From contig WTZQ01000003.1 of NCBI GenBank assembly GCA_009889635.1, positions 5,251-69,250 of the forward strand: a stretch of DNA of 64,000 nt, given 5' to 3'. The notes below the pieces were generated by a model. The model was not told where the DNA came from, ran no database searches, and worked only from the letters and a program-made list of their open reading frames with translations. This stretch comes from Candidatus Hikarchaeum yamanae. Lineage in GTDB: Archaea; Halobacteriota; Halobacteria; Halobacteriales; Hikarchaeaceae. Numbering within the stretch: the first letter of the stretch is position 1; each line of letters starts with the position of its first letter. Made by a program: the position numbers and the translations under genes. Shown in pieces: positions 48,484-58,812 of this stretch.

Positions 48484-48881
48484 AAACTATCAATACAAGT
48501 GGTAAGAAGAAAACAGCAATAGCAAGGGCATCAATTAAAAAAGGGACTGGGAAGGTTCGAGTCAATTCAATTCCAATAGAATTAGTAGAACCCGAATCCT
48601 CCCGCCTTAAAATGTTAGACCCCTTCGATATAGCAGAAGACAAATTACGTGACAAGATTGACATAACTGTTAAAGTTAATGGTGGGGGATACTCTGGACA
48701 AGCAGATGCTGTTCGAACCGCCATCGCTAGGGCATTGGTGGAGTTCACCGAAGACATAGAACTCCGGGATCTGTACATGGCTATTGATCGAACGCTTCTA
48801 GTTAACGATGTCCGTCAACGCGAATCTAAAAAGTGGGGTGGACCCGGTGCAAGGGCACGCTTCCAAAAATCTTACAGGTGA
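48477..48881 (+). CDS. rps9: 30S ribosomal protein uS9
   Basis: [10 protein letters not shown] start and C-terminal [17 protein letters not shown]. Confidence 0.93.
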   Translation: MVKTINTSGKKKTAIARASIKKGTGKVRVNSIPIELVEPESSRLKMLDPFDIAEDKLRDKIDITVKVNGGGYSGQADAVRTAIARALVEFTEDIELRDLYMAIDRTLLVNDVRQRESKKWGGPGARARFQKSYR

Positions 48882-48889
48882 CTTAAAAT

Positions 48890-49090
48890 ATGATAATTCC
48901 AGTTCGTTGTTTCACATGCGGAAAGGTCATCTCAGAGCATTGGGAAGACTACGTTTCAAGATCTAATACAAAAGACGGAGAAGAAAGTCCTGCCGATGTA
49001 CTTGATGACCTTGGTATCACCCGGTATTGCTGCCGAAGAATGTTCGTTTCACACATCGATCTTATAGACGTTGTGTCACCCTACCAATAA
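48890..49090 (+). CDS. rpoN: DNA-directed RNA polymerase subunit N (Rpo10)
   Basis: [14 protein letters not shown]...YCCRRM zinc motif; 66 aa. Confidence 0.93.
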   Translation: MIIPVRCFTCGKVISEHWEDYVSRSNTKDGEESPADVLDDLGITRYCCRRMFVSHIDLIDVVSPYQ

Positions 49091-49290
49091 TGCAAAATTT
49101 AGAACACAATAGACACGAAAAAGCCCGTATCATTGGTGCAAGGGCACTGCAAATAGCCCACGGTGCTCCTTTACTCATAGACACCAACCACTCACAGCCC
49201 ATCATAGTAGCAGCTGCAGAATATGATGCTGATGTACTACCATTCTCAGTTCAAAGACGGATACTCTCAAAAGAGGAGGCCCCCGAATAA
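49090..49290 (+). CDS. rpoK: DNA-directed RNA polymerase subunit K (Rpo6)
   Basis: [19 protein letters not shown]. The ATG at 49090 shares one nt with the rpoN stop. Confidence 0.88.
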   Translation: MQNLEHNRHEKARIIGARALQIAHGAPLLIDTNHSQPIIVAAAEYDADVLPFSVQRRILSKEEAPE

Positions 49291-49291
49291 A

Positions 49292-50503
49292 GTGTCAATA
49301 ATCAATTCAATACACCTCGGCCGCGTTTTCGATTCCAGGGGAAACTTGACTGTGGAAGCATCCATCCAAACACAAAATGGTGGATTTGGAAGGGCAATTG
49401 CCCCAAGTGGAGCTAGTACTGGAGAATACGAGGCAATTGAATTACCTACTTCAGATGCTATTTCTGCTGCAAAAAAACATGCTTTGCACATGCTAGAAGG
49501 AAAAGTGGATTCTACCAACCAAACTTTGGTTGATAACACTCTTAGATCTGCAGACGGGACTGAAAATTTTTCAGTCATTGGGGCAAATAGTGCAGTTGCA
49601 ATTTCTTTGGCCAACGCCAAAGCTGCAGCTAATTCCTTGAATGTTCCTCTCTATCAACACATAGGATCTCCTTCCAAAAAGGATTCCTTCCCCATTCCTC
49701 TAGGAAATGTAATCGGTGGTGGGGCCCACGCGGCAGACTCTACATATATACAAGAATTTCTTTCAGTTCCTGTAGGTGCTCCCTGCGTTTTCGATGCGAT
49801 TTTCGCGAACACAGAGGTACACAAATTGACTGGAACGCTGTTGTCAGATCGTGGGTATATTCGTGCCAAAGGAGACGAAGGCGGGTGGGCAGCACCTATC
49901 TCTGATGAGGTAGCTTTCGACGTCATGTCCGAATCGATCTCTAATATTTCAAACAAAGTTGGCTTTGAAATTAAAATGGGTGTGGACATGGCCGCATCCG
50001 AACTCTATGACTCCACTCAAGATTGTTATGATTACGGAGACATTTCCAGATCTGTAGACGAACAAATCGACTACGTTTCGGACCTCTCTCGTATTTATTC
50101 CTTGGCATATATTGAAGATCCACTCGACCAAGATGACTTTGAAGGGTTTTCTAAACTCACAAATTCCATTGGGGAGAGCTCTCTAGTCTGCGGAGATGAT
50201 TTATTCGCAACAAATGTCACACGATTAAAGAAAGGAATCGACCTCAAAGCAGCAAATTCCATCTTGATTAAACCCAATCAAATAGGGACTTTGACAGAAA
50301 CCTTGGAAGCTATTAACCTCGCCAAGAAAAATAATATCACTCCAGTCGTTTCCCACCGAAGTGGGGAAACTGAAGATACCACAATTTCTCATATAGCCTT
50401 TGCAACCCATGCTCCCTACATTAAGACCGGAGCCGTTGGAGGCGAGAGGACTACAAAATTAAATGAATTGATAAGAATTGAACAAGAGATAAAAACACTA
50501 TGA
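49292..50503 (+). CDS. eno: enolase
   Basis: [29 protein letters not shown] motifs. The GTG at 49292 is preferred over the track start, which overlaps rpoK. Confidence 0.92.
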   Translation: MSIINSIHLGRVFDSRGNLTVEASIQTQNGGFGRAIAPSGASTGEYEAIELPTSDAISAAKKHALHMLEGKVDSTNQTLVDNTLRSADGTENFSVIGANSAVAISLANAKAAANSLNVPLYQHIGSPSKKDSFPIPLGNVIGGGAHAADSTYIQEFLSVPVGAPCVFDAIFANTEVHKLTGTLLSDRGYIRAKGDEGGWAAPISDEVAFDVMSESISNISNKVGFEIKMGVDMAASELYDSTQDCYDYGDISRSVDEQIDYVSDLSRIYSLAYIEDPLDQDDFEGFSKLTNSIGESSLVCGDDLFATNVTRLKKGIDLKAANSILIKPNQIGTLTETLEAINLAKKNNITPVVSHRSGETEDTTISHIAFATHAPYIKTGAVGGERTTKLNELIRIEQEIKTL

Positions 50504-51243
50504 CTGATACGGAAACTATTGACACAGAAACTCCTGAATTGACAAACGAAAAACAAGAAACTACTCCTCTCGACGGGGAAGTTCCTGAAGATACTACCCA
50601 TTTCGTGGACATAGATTCTGCACCAGGAGTCGTGGACTATGAAGACACTTTCGACGATGAGGGGGTGGATCTTCTCTTACCTGTGGAAGATTATCTTTCT
50701 GCAGGAGTGCATATTGGAACTCAACAAAAAACGAAAGACATGTCTCGGTTTATCCACCGTGTCAGGGCAGATGGATTGTACATTCTAGATCTCGTCCAAA
50801 CTGATAAACGTATTAGAGAAGCAGCCCGCCTGTTATCTCGTTATCCCCCCGAACGAGTTATTGTTTCCTCGTCCCGGCAGTACGGCCATCACCCCGCCAC
50901 AACCTTTGCAGAATCTATTGGGGCTATGGTTTCCACCGGGCGATTTATACCTGGAACACTTACAAATCCGGTTTACCCCGGATTCATAGAACCTGACATC
51001 GCAGTTGTAACCGATCCAATCGGAGATGCACAAGTAATCGGGGAGGCAATTGCTATTGGAATCCCTGTCATCGCCATGTGCGATTCAAACAATGCAACTA
51101 GTCACGTAGACCTAGTTATTCCTACTAACAACAAAGGCAGAAAGGCCCTCGCTACTGTTTACTGGCTTCTTGCAAATGAAACATTAGACAACCGCGGCGT
51201 AACTCCGGATTTATCATTATCCGACTTCGATTTAGAGTTATAG
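50500..51243 (+). CDS. rps2: 30S ribosomal protein uS2 with acidic N-terminal extension
   Basis: [19 protein letters not shown] core. ATGA overlap with the enolase stop. Confidence 0.9.
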   Translation: MTDTETIDTETPELTNEKQETTPLDGEVPEDTTHFVDIDSAPGVVDYEDTFDDEGVDLLLPVEDYLSAGVHIGTQQKTKDMSRFIHRVRADGLYILDLVQTDKRIREAARLLSRYPPERVIVSSSRQYGHHPATTFAESIGAMVSTGRFIPGTLTNPVYPGFIEPDIAVVTDPIGDAQVIGEAIAIGIPVIAMCDSNNATSHVDLVIPTNNKGRKALATVYWLLANETLDNRGVTPDLSLSDFDLEL

Positions 51244-51287
51244 AGTCAACTCTATGTTTTTATCCATTCCATACAATTTGTAATATA

Positions 51288-52253
51288 ATGCCATCCTCAT
51301 CTGCTCCAGGGAAGGTCTATTTGTTCGGAGAACACGCAGTAGTTTATGGCGAGCCCGCGGTCCCATGTGCAATAGATAGGAGGATAACTGTTTCTTGTAC
51401 CAAATCAAATGATAATTTAATTTCCATTCAAGCTCCCCAAATAGGTACAAACGATTTCAGCATAGAATTTTCTGAATCCTCTCTGAAATCGAATCTATCA
51501 AAAGTGGAACCTCATCTTCACTATATTCTCACAGCAATTGGCCTATCTTTGAATTTTTCTGAAACTACTTTTAATGGATTAGAAATAGTTGTTGAAAGTG
51601 ATATCCCCTTAGGGGCGGGGCTTGGATCTTCTGCAGCCGTTTCTGTTGCTACTGTGGATGCAGTGTCTAGAACCTGTGACGTAATCCACCCTTTAGAACA
51701 AATAGCCACTCTCGCCCATGAAGTAGAACAAACCGTCCAAGGCCGCGCATCTCGGGCAGATACCTTTTGCTCTACGATGGGGGGGTTTGTTTGCGTAGAA
51801 GGAAAGAAATGTAATAAATTACCTTTTTCACAATTACCCCTTACAATCGGGTACGACGGTGGTTTCGGGTCTACAAAAGAATTAGTCTCAATGGTGCGGA
51901 CTAACAAAGAAAATTATGAGTTTATAGAGTCTATTATAACTTCTATTGGCCGTATTTCGAAACTTGGAATGGTTGCTCTAGAAAATCAGAACCTGGCTAC
52001 TATAGGGGATTTAATGAATATTAACCACGGTTTGCTATCCTCTCTAGGCGTTTCTTCCAATTCTTTGGATGAGATGGTGTGGGCGGCAAGAAATTCAGGG
52101 GCTTTCGGTGCAAAACTCACTGGGGCAGGAGGTTCTGGATGCATTGTTGCATTAGATCCTGATATGTCTTCCATTCCATCTCTACTTTCCACCGATAGCT
52201 GCAAATCTGCATTTTCAGTGGACATCTCTGAAAAGGGGTTAATCCGAAAATGA
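51288..52253 (+). CDS. mvk: mevalonate kinase
   Basis: APGKVYLFGEHAVVYG and PLGAGLGSSAA GHMP-kinase motifs. Confidence 0.9.
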   Translation: MPSSSAPGKVYLFGEHAVVYGEPAVPCAIDRRITVSCTKSNDNLISIQAPQIGTNDFSIEFSESSLKSNLSKVEPHLHYILTAIGLSLNFSETTFNGLEIVVESDIPLGAGLGSSAAVSVATVDAVSRTCDVIHPLEQIATLAHEVEQTVQGRASRADTFCSTMGGFVCVEGKKCNKLPFSQLPLTIGYDGGFGSTKELVSMVRTNKENYEFIESIITSIGRISKLGMVALENQNLATIGDLMNINHGLLSSLGVSSNSLDEMVWAARNSGAFGAKLTGAGGSGCIVALDPDMSSIPSLLSTDSCKSAFSVDISEKGLIRK

Positions 52254-52999
52254 CTTCGATTGAACCGGTCACTTTATTAAAACTTGGGGGTAGTGTAATC
52301 ACCAAAAAAGACCAACCAGAGACGCTGAACGAAACCCATATTGACACCGCGGCAACAATCATTTCCAACCACCGTCCAAAAAATCTCATTGTGGTCCATG
52401 GAGGTGGGAGTTTTGGCCATTTCCACGCTTCCAATTTTAATGTGACCATTGAGAATGGGACTCATGATGTAGCCGAGGTGGATACCATACATTCTTCTAT
52501 GATCTGCCTTTGCGATGCCGTAGTCCACGCGTTTCACTCCTTAGACATACCTGCAATCCCTATACATCCATTATCCGTTGCATGGAGAGATTCAGATTCA
52601 CTACTTCATTTTCCTTCTCAGCACGTTTTATCACTTCTAGAATCTGGATTTGTACCTGTGATTCATGGAGATATTGTCACCACTGCAGAAAAAGGAGCAA
52701 CCATAGTTAGTGGGGATGAACTAGTAACCAATCTATCCAACTCAATCCCTACCAAGCGCATTGGATTTTGTACCTCAACACCTGGCGTTTTAGACCCCTC
52801 CGGAAATGTCATACCTCGCCTTTCTTCCCAACAAAAAGAAAATAGTTCAATCACACATTCTTCTGCAACCGATGTCACTGGAGGGATGGCCGGAAAAATC
52901 AAAGAATTAGCAAATGCAAATGCTCCAGTTTCAATCTTTGATCTCCCTAATTTAGAAGCTTTCTTAAAAGGATCAAACCCTGGAACTTTGGTGCATTAA
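52250..52999 (+). CDS. isopentenyl phosphate kinase
   Basis: LLKLGGSVITKK and VHGGGSFGH amino-acid-kinase-fold motifs; 4-nt overlap with mvk. Confidence 0.85.
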   Translation: MTSIEPVTLLKLGGSVITKKDQPETLNETHIDTAATIISNHRPKNLIVVHGGGSFGHFHASNFNVTIENGTHDVAEVDTIHSSMICLCDAVVHAFHSLDIPAIPIHPLSVAWRDSDSLLHFPSQHVLSLLESGFVPVIHGDIVTTAEKGATIVSGDELVTNLSNSIPTKRIGFCTSTPGVLDPSGNVIPRLSSQQKENSSITHSSATDVTGGMAGKIKELANANAPVSIFDLPNLEAFLKGSNPGTLVH

Positions 53000-53129
53000 C
53001 ACAGCTACTCGGAATCCCCATTGTCCACTTTGTCAGACGCTCAGATCAAATTCAGTTGACTTTTACCCCTGCGAACCATAACATGTACCAACCGGTAGTC
53101 ACACTACCTTCGAACATGTCCTATTGTGA

Positions 53130-53142
53130 GGCGTCTGACGCC
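53130..53142. promoter_or_regulatory. perfect 6-1-6 palindrome GGCGTCTGACGCC
   Basis: Read directly from the sequence. It lies 4 nt upstream of the TTTATCAC box. Confidence 0.4.
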
Positions 53143-53146
53143 AAAC

Positions 53147-53154
53147 TTTATCAC
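53147..53154 (+). promoter_or_regulatory. TATA-like box (TTTATCAC) upstream of the RNase J-like gene
   Basis: Identical octamer to the tfx box. It is immediately preceded by the palindrome GGCGTCTGACGCC (53130-53142). A second A/T box, TTTAAAAGG, lies at 53161. Confidence 0.35.
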
Positions 53155-53192
53155 AGGCAGTTTAAAAGGTGGTTCTACTCGGAGGGTTAACT

Positions 53193-54533
53193 ATGGAAAT
53201 TGAAATTGCCACAATAGGTGGATTCGAAGAAGTTGGACGGCAAATGACCGCCGTTCGTGTAGGCTCTGATATCGTTATCTTCGATATGGGTCTGGACCTT
53301 TCTAAGATTCTCCTTCACGATGATATTGAAACCGAAAGAATGCACAGCCTAGATCTAATTGACATGGGTGCGATCCCCGATGATCGTGTAATGTCGAATC
53401 TCCCCGGAGATGTCAAAGCGATTGTCCCTACCCATGGACATTTAGACCACATAGGGGCGATAACTAAGCTCGCCCACCGGTATAATGCTCCCATTATTGC
53501 AACCCCCTTTACACTTGAACTTGTCAGGCAGCTGATACAATCCGAAGAAAAATTCAAAGTGAACAACGATTTGGTAGCCATGAATGCGGGCGAAAGAATA
53601 CCTCTAAGTGACACCTTAGAACTAGAATTTGTCAATGTGACTCATTCTATCATTGATGCAATCAATCCCGTTCTTCATACCCCTGAAGGTGCAATCATTT
53701 ACGGACTTGACAAACGGATGGATCACACCCCCACACTAGGGGATCCTATTGACATGAAACGTTTTAAAGAACTAGGAAATGAAGGGGTTTTGTGTTATAT
53801 TGAAGATTGCACAAATGCAAACGTGAAAGGTAGAACTCCTAGTGAGGCGGTAGCAAAACAACATCTCAAAGATGTGATGTTCTCTATGGCAGATTACAAA
53901 GGTGGAATTGTTGCAACCACGTTCTCTAGCCATATAGCTAGGGTAGCAAGTATTGTCGAATTTGCCCAAGAAATCGGTAGACAACCTGTTTTACTCGGAC
54001 GTTCCATGGAAAAATACTCTGGAACTGCAGAACGACTAAATTTTGTTGAATTCCCCGGAGATCTAGGAATGTATGGACACCGGAAATCAGTGGACAGAAC
54101 GTTTTCTAGAATCATGAAAGAAGGAAAAGAAAAATACCTTCCTATCGTCACGGGGCACCAGGGTGAACCAAATGCAATGCTCACTCGAATGGGAAAAGGA
54201 GAGACTCCATACGAATTAAGTGAAGGTGACAAAGTCATTTTCTCTGCACGACTTATTCCTGAACCAACTAATGAAGGCCAGCGTTACCAGGCAGAAACAC
54301 TCCTCCGAATGAGGGGGGCTAGAATTTACGACGATGTTCACGTTTCTGGACATTGCTCACAAGAAGGCTTGTACGAGATGTTAACTACACTTAAACCAAC
54401 TCACATAATTCCTGCTCATCAAACGATTGCTGGTGCTTCAGGGTATGTCAACATAGCACGAAAACAGGGATACGTCCTAGGGCGAGATATTCACATTTCC
54501 TATAACGGAAACCGAGTCTCATTGACAAACTAA
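53193..54533 (+). CDS. beta-CASP/metallo-beta-lactamase ribonuclease (archaeal RNase J-like)
   Basis: [22 protein letters not shown]-terminus; [11 protein letters not shown] (HxHxDH). The ATG at 53193 is preceded by GGAGGG at 53181-53186. Confidence 0.8.
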   Translation: MEIEIATIGGFEEVGRQMTAVRVGSDIVIFDMGLDLSKILLHDDIETERMHSLDLIDMGAIPDDRVMSNLPGDVKAIVPTHGHLDHIGAITKLAHRYNAPIIATPFTLELVRQLIQSEEKFKVNNDLVAMNAGERIPLSDTLELEFVNVTHSIIDAINPVLHTPEGAIIYGLDKRMDHTPTLGDPIDMKRFKELGNEGVLCYIEDCTNANVKGRTPSEAVAKQHLKDVMFSMADYKGGIVATTFSSHIARVASIVEFAQEIGRQPVLLGRSMEKYSGTAERLNFVEFPGDLGMYGHRKSVDRTFSRIMKEGKEKYLPIVTGHQGEPNAMLTRMGKGETPYELSEGDKVIFSARLIPEPTNEGQRYQAETLLRMRGARIYDDVHVSGHCSQEGLYEMLTTLKPTHIIPAHQTIAGASGYVNIARKQGYVLGRDIHISYNGNRVSLTN

Positions 54534-54537
54534 ATTT

Positions 54538-55578
54538 ATGGACGAAAAGGATTCTTCTCGGATTTTAGATGCTCTTTCTAGTAGGAGAACTATAGTTAAC
54601 CAATGTTTGACTAGCCACATAGATACCATTGGACCCGACCAACTTTCTGAAGCATCAAATCACCTTTTCATTGCGGGAGGAAAACGACTCCGCCCAGTTG
54701 TTTGTCTCATAGCTGCAGAAACAATCTATAATCAAGACCTGTCACCATTCCCTTACCAGGGGCTCATTGATTCTACGGGAACCTCTGTAAATATGCTCGA
54801 TGCAGCATCAAGCTTAGAACTCATTCATATTTTTACACTCATTCACGATGACATAATGGATGACGACGATCTCAGACGTGGGGTCCCCTCCGTTCATCAA
54901 AAATTTAACACCAATACTGCAATACTTGCGGGAGACATTCTCTATTCAAAAGCCTTTGAAACACTAGGAAACTCTGCAGAACATTCTTCAAATGTATCCC
55001 GTGCACTAACAAGTTTGGCAACCGTTTGCTCAGATATCTGTGAGGGCCAAGCACTAGATGTTCAATTTGGAAAAATGGATCTGGTATCTATTGAAGAATA
55101 TCTCAGAATGATTGAACTTAAAACTGGTGTTCTTTTTGCAGAATCTGCAGCTTTACCCGCTCAGCTTCTTGGACAACCTCCCGAGGTCATAGATGCATTA
55201 TACAATTTTGGGTTACTCGCCGGAAAGGCCTTTCAAATTTATGACGACCTACTCGATCTAACTACTCCTAGTTCTGTTCTTGGAAAGCAACGTGGAAGTG
55301 ATATATCTGAGCAAAAACAAACCATACTTACAATCCACGCCACCAACTCCGGTGTTGATCTGAATTCATTCCACAACGATCAGAATTCGTGCCCTTCTGA
55401 ATCCGATATGGATTCTCTAGTCGAAGCCCTTGAGGACTCGGGAACAATTTCATATGCACACGAACTTTCCCACGACCTATCTACTCAGGCCAAGCAACAA
55501 CTGGAACTTCTCCCTTCTAACCCCTCTCGAGAACTATTATCAGACATAGTCGACTTTTTCTGTCAACGAGACCATTAA
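54538..55578 (+). CDS. polyprenyl (geranylgeranyl) diphosphate synthase
   Basis: First DDxxD box LIHDDIMDDDDLRRG and second box FQIYDDLLD. Confidence 0.9.
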   Translation: MDEKDSSRILDALSSRRTIVNQCLTSHIDTIGPDQLSEASNHLFIAGGKRLRPVVCLIAAETIYNQDLSPFPYQGLIDSTGTSVNMLDAASSLELIHIFTLIHDDIMDDDDLRRGVPSVHQKFNTNTAILAGDILYSKAFETLGNSAEHSSNVSRALTSLATVCSDICEGQALDVQFGKMDLVSIEEYLRMIELKTGVLFAESAALPAQLLGQPPEVIDALYNFGLLAGKAFQIYDDLLDLTTPSSVLGKQRGSDISEQKQTILTIHATNSGVDLNSFHNDQNSCPSESDMDSLVEALEDSGTISYAHELSHDLSTQAKQQLELLPSNPSRELLSDIVDFFCQRDH

Positions 55579-55588
55579 CCCACCAAGA

Positions 55589-57307
55589 ATGGACGCTGAA
55601 CTCAAAGAGATCTTATTAATTGAGGCAGAAAAACATGCACTCTATAACGCACTAAAATATCAAGGTCCCTCTCAGGTTAAAACAGTAATGGGAATTCTCA
55701 TGGCAGACTATCCTGACTTCCGAAAGTTTGCAAATGAAATCCCTGCCCTGATCAGTCCTCTTATTGAGCAGGTGAATTCTCTTGAAAATTCAGCCCAACT
55801 CCAAAAACTAACAAATCTAGCTCCCAATTTAGTCGAACAATTGGAAGAAGAATTCGTAGAAGTGCCCAAGCGCCAATTGCCCGATCTACCAAATGCCAAT
55901 TCCTATGATCAAATTAGAATGCGCGTTGCCCCCAATCCCAATGGGCCCTGGCACATTGGACATGCTAGGATGCCTTCTGTAATTGGGACTTACAAATCTC
56001 TATATGATGGGTGGTTCGCTTGTCGTTTTGACGATACAGATCCTGCGACTAAACGCCCTCTTCTTGAAGCATATGATTGGATTCTGGAAGATATTCAGTA
56101 CCTGGGGTTCGAACCCGATGAAGTCATAATGGCAAGCGATAGATTGAATCTTTATTATGATCATGCCCTCCAATTAATTAATCTGAATGGGGCCTATACC
56201 TGTACATGTCCCTCTTCGGATTTCTCTAATTTAAAGAATTCAGGTCACCCATGCCCTCACCGAGAAAATTCTATTGAACAAACACTCAACGAATTCCAAG
56301 ACATGATAGATGGAAATTTTTCTGCAGGAGAAGTAGTCCTTCGTGTCAGAACTGATCTATCTAACTCAAACCCCGCACTCCGCGATTGGGTTGCCTTTCG
56401 AATGGTCGACGTTCCCCACCCACGTGAAGTGGCACAAACACATAGATGCTGGCCGTTGTTAGACTTCCAAAGTGCGATAGACGATCATTTACTCGAAATT
56501 ACTCATATAATACGGGGGATTGATTTACAAGATTCTGCAAAGCGCCAACAATATCTATATAATTATTTCAATTGGAACTACCCCGAAGTTGTCCACTGGG
56601 GGCGAATTAATATTGATGATCATTCGGTTCCATTATCCACATCTAGTATGTCCAATTCCATTGAATCTGGAAGTTTTACAGGGTGGTCTGACCTCCAATT
56701 ACCTATCTTAAGAAATTTCAAAAAACGAGGTATACATGGGGATGCAATTACATCCTCCATGATTGAACTAGGGACTTCTACAAATAACATTACATTATCC
56801 ATTTCCACGATCTATTCTAAAAATCGATCTCACATCGATAAAGTTGCAGACCGTTTGTTCTTTATTAAAAATCCATCTGAGAAACAAATATTCGGACGGA
56901 ATCTCCCCGAAACTGTAGAAATTCCCATGCACCCCGATCACACCGAACGTGGCTTTAGAAAACTTGCAATAACGCCTTCTATTTTCATCGACAGCTCTGA
57001 CATACCCGGGGCTGAAGACATTTTGTACCTAAAGGGAATTGGTTCGGTTAGGTATACTCGAGATTCCTTTGAGTTTATTGAAAACGATTTTAGCTCGGCC
57101 CAGTCACAGTCATTGCCCATTATCCACTGGTTACCCTCTACCCATGAACAACTATGTTTAAAAACTTCTCAAGGAGAATTTAACGGAATTGTTGAATCAA
57201 CCATTTGTAACTACAATTCTGGTGATTTAATTCAGTTTGAAAGGGTGGGATTTGCAAAGTTAGATATTAGTTCTGGAGTCTATGCTGCTTATTTTTCACA
57301 CCCTTGA
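55589..57307 (+). CDS. gltX: glutamate--tRNA ligase (archaeal type)
   Basis: RVAPNPNGPWHIGHAR (HIGH); 572 aa with archaeal/eukaryal GluRS layout. Confidence 0.88.
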   Translation: MDAELKEILLIEAEKHALYNALKYQGPSQVKTVMGILMADYPDFRKFANEIPALISPLIEQVNSLENSAQLQKLTNLAPNLVEQLEEEFVEVPKRQLPDLPNANSYDQIRMRVAPNPNGPWHIGHARMPSVIGTYKSLYDGWFACRFDDTDPATKRPLLEAYDWILEDIQYLGFEPDEVIMASDRLNLYYDHALQLINLNGAYTCTCPSSDFSNLKNSGHPCPHRENSIEQTLNEFQDMIDGNFSAGEVVLRVRTDLSNSNPALRDWVAFRMVDVPHPREVAQTHRCWPLLDFQSAIDDHLLEITHIIRGIDLQDSAKRQQYLYNYFNWNYPEVVHWGRINIDDHSVPLSTSSMSNSIESGSFTGWSDLQLPILRNFKKRGIHGDAITSSMIELGTSTNNITLSISTIYSKNRSHIDKVADRLFFIKNPSEKQIFGRNLPETVEIPMHPDHTERGFRKLAITPSIFIDSSDIPGAEDILYLKGIGSVRYTRDSFEFIENDFSSAQSQSLPIIHWLPSTHEQLCLKTSQGEFNGIVESTICNYNSGDLIQFERVGFAKLDISSGVYAAYFSHP

Positions 57308-57511
57308 GCAGATCCTCCCTCTCTTTTTAACCCCCATGCTAGCAATATGCATGGCCCACAATCGCACGCAGTGACCTTTATAGGGGAGTTTTTATGTGAG
57401 GCCTAACTACTCTTGCGTAGAATCTCTATAAAAGTCAATGATCCATACCTTCTGTAAGGAGTTATCTCAGAGTTTGTGGGTGAGCTTTTATTGGGACCAA
57501 AGTGAACAATC

Positions 57512-57880
57512 ATGCCAATATACGTAACATTTGACGTACCTGACGATCTCCAGCAAGCTGCTCTAGAAGCACTTGCAGCCGCACGAGACACTGGGTCTGT
57601 TAAAAAAGGAACGAATGAAACGACAAAAACCATTGAACGTGGAAGTGCAAAATTAGTTTTTATAGCAGAAGACGTACAACCTGAAGAAATCGTAATGCAC
57701 CTGCCCGAACTCTCCATTGAGAAAGGAATTCCATTTTTATTTGTACCAACACAAGAAGAAATAGGAAATGCAACGGGATTGTCTGTACCAAGTGCAGCAG
57801 CTGCAATTGTTGATCCGGGAAGTGCAAAGGATTCTGTCGAAGACCTATCTGCCAAACTTGAGGACCTCCGTAAAGCATGA
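57512..57880 (+). CDS. rpl7ae: 50S ribosomal protein eL8 (L7Ae), K-turn binding
   Basis: [32 protein letters not shown] motif. Confidence 0.95.
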   Translation: MPIYVTFDVPDDLQQAALEALAAARDTGSVKKGTNETTKTIERGSAKLVFIAEDVQPEEIVMHLPELSIEKGIPFLFVPTQEEIGNATGLSVPSAAAAIVDPGSAKDSVEDLSAKLEDLRKA

Positions 57881-58089
57881 GCATTGAAGATTCCACACCC
57901 GCTGAGGTGGTGGAAATCGTTGGTAAGACAGGAATGCATGGAGAAGCCATGCAAATAAAATGTAGAATTAAAGACGGATCGAATAAGGGACAAGTTATAA
58001 CTAGAAATTGCATTGGGCCCGTTCGAATTGGAGATATAATTCAACTAAGAGAAACTGCAAGAGAAGCAGATTCTATCGGGGGAAGGTGA
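57877..58089 (+). CDS. rps28e: 30S ribosomal protein eS28
   Basis: [24 protein letters not shown]...[13 protein letters not shown]. Confidence 0.93.
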   Translation: MSIEDSTPAEVVEIVGKTGMHGEAMQIKCRIKDGSNKGQVITRNCIGPVRIGDIIQLRETAREADSIGGR

Positions 58090-58095
58090 TCATCC

Positions 58096-58350
58096 GTGCC
58101 TGATTTTAGATCTTGTGATTTTTGTGGATCTCCCATGGAACCTGGCACTGGACTGTTATTCGTACGAACAGATGGGAGGACTGCCTATTTTTGTTCCTCA
58201 AAATGTGATAAAAACTCAAAACTTGGTAGAAAATCTAGGAGACTCCCCTGGACTGCTCGGGGTAGGCATGTCAAAGCTAGCAAAGCTCCTCAGACTTCCA
58301 ATCCAACCGCACAAACCGTAGAAATAGATTTGGAATTAATTGAAGAATAA
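58096..58350 (+). CDS. rpl24e: 50S ribosomal protein eL24
   Basis: [21 protein letters not shown]...FCSSKC zinc ribbon; GTG start. Confidence 0.92.
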   Translation: MPDFRSCDFCGSPMEPGTGLLFVRTDGRTAYFCSSKCDKNSKLGRKSRRLPWTARGRHVKASKAPQTSNPTAQTVEIDLELIEE

Positions 58351-58808
58351 TGACTCAAGAGCGAACCTTCGTGTTAATTAAACCGGACGGGGTTCAACGC
58401 GGCCTCATAGGAACTATCATTTCCCGATTTGAAAAACGTGGGCTCAAACTTGTGGGATCGAAGCTTTTAACCATTAATTTAGAACTAGCGCAAAAGCACT
58501 ATTCAGAACATGTTGGAAAGCCCTTTTTTGATGGATTGGTTGAATTCATCTGTTCGGGTCCTTCCTTTGCCATGGTTTTAGAGGGAAAAAATGCGGTCAG
58601 TATCGTTCGTCAAATGATGGGTTCTACCGACCCTTCAGAATCACCGCCTGGGACTATAAGGGGCGATTTTGGAATTGATCTTGGGCGAAACGTCATTCAT
58701 GGGTCCGATACCAACCCTGGGTCTAACGAACGTGAAATAAATCTATTCTTTGATGAACTTGAATTTTCATCGTATGAGCGTATAGACGAAACCTGGCTTT
58801 ATGAATAG
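58350..58808 (+). CDS. ndk: nucleoside diphosphate kinase
   Basis: [18 protein letters not shown] and NVIHGSD active-site His motif. Confidence 0.93.
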   Translation: MTQERTFVLIKPDGVQRGLIGTIISRFEKRGLKLVGSKLLTINLELAQKHYSEHVGKPFFDGLVEFICSGPSFAMVLEGKNAVSIVRQMMGSTDPSESPPGTIRGDFGIDLGRNVIHGSDTNPGSNEREINLFFDELEFSSYERIDETWLYE

Positions 58809-58812
58809 CATT

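Noticed and set aside
53000-53020. AGCUACUCGG resemblance to the 7SL Alu-domain sequence
   Set aside because: It is only a 10-nt coincidence, the spacer (about 190 nt) is too short for an archaeal SRP RNA, and no S-domain motifs are present.
57403-58044. 213-aa ORF antisense to the L7Ae/S28e genes
   Set aside because: It is a Ser-rich, low-complexity shadow ORF lying fully opposite two unmistakable ribosomal protein genes. The same reasoning applies to other long antisense ORFs, for example 17694-18101, 12355-12711, 38681-39073, 44875-45315, 32464-32922 and 51521-51907.
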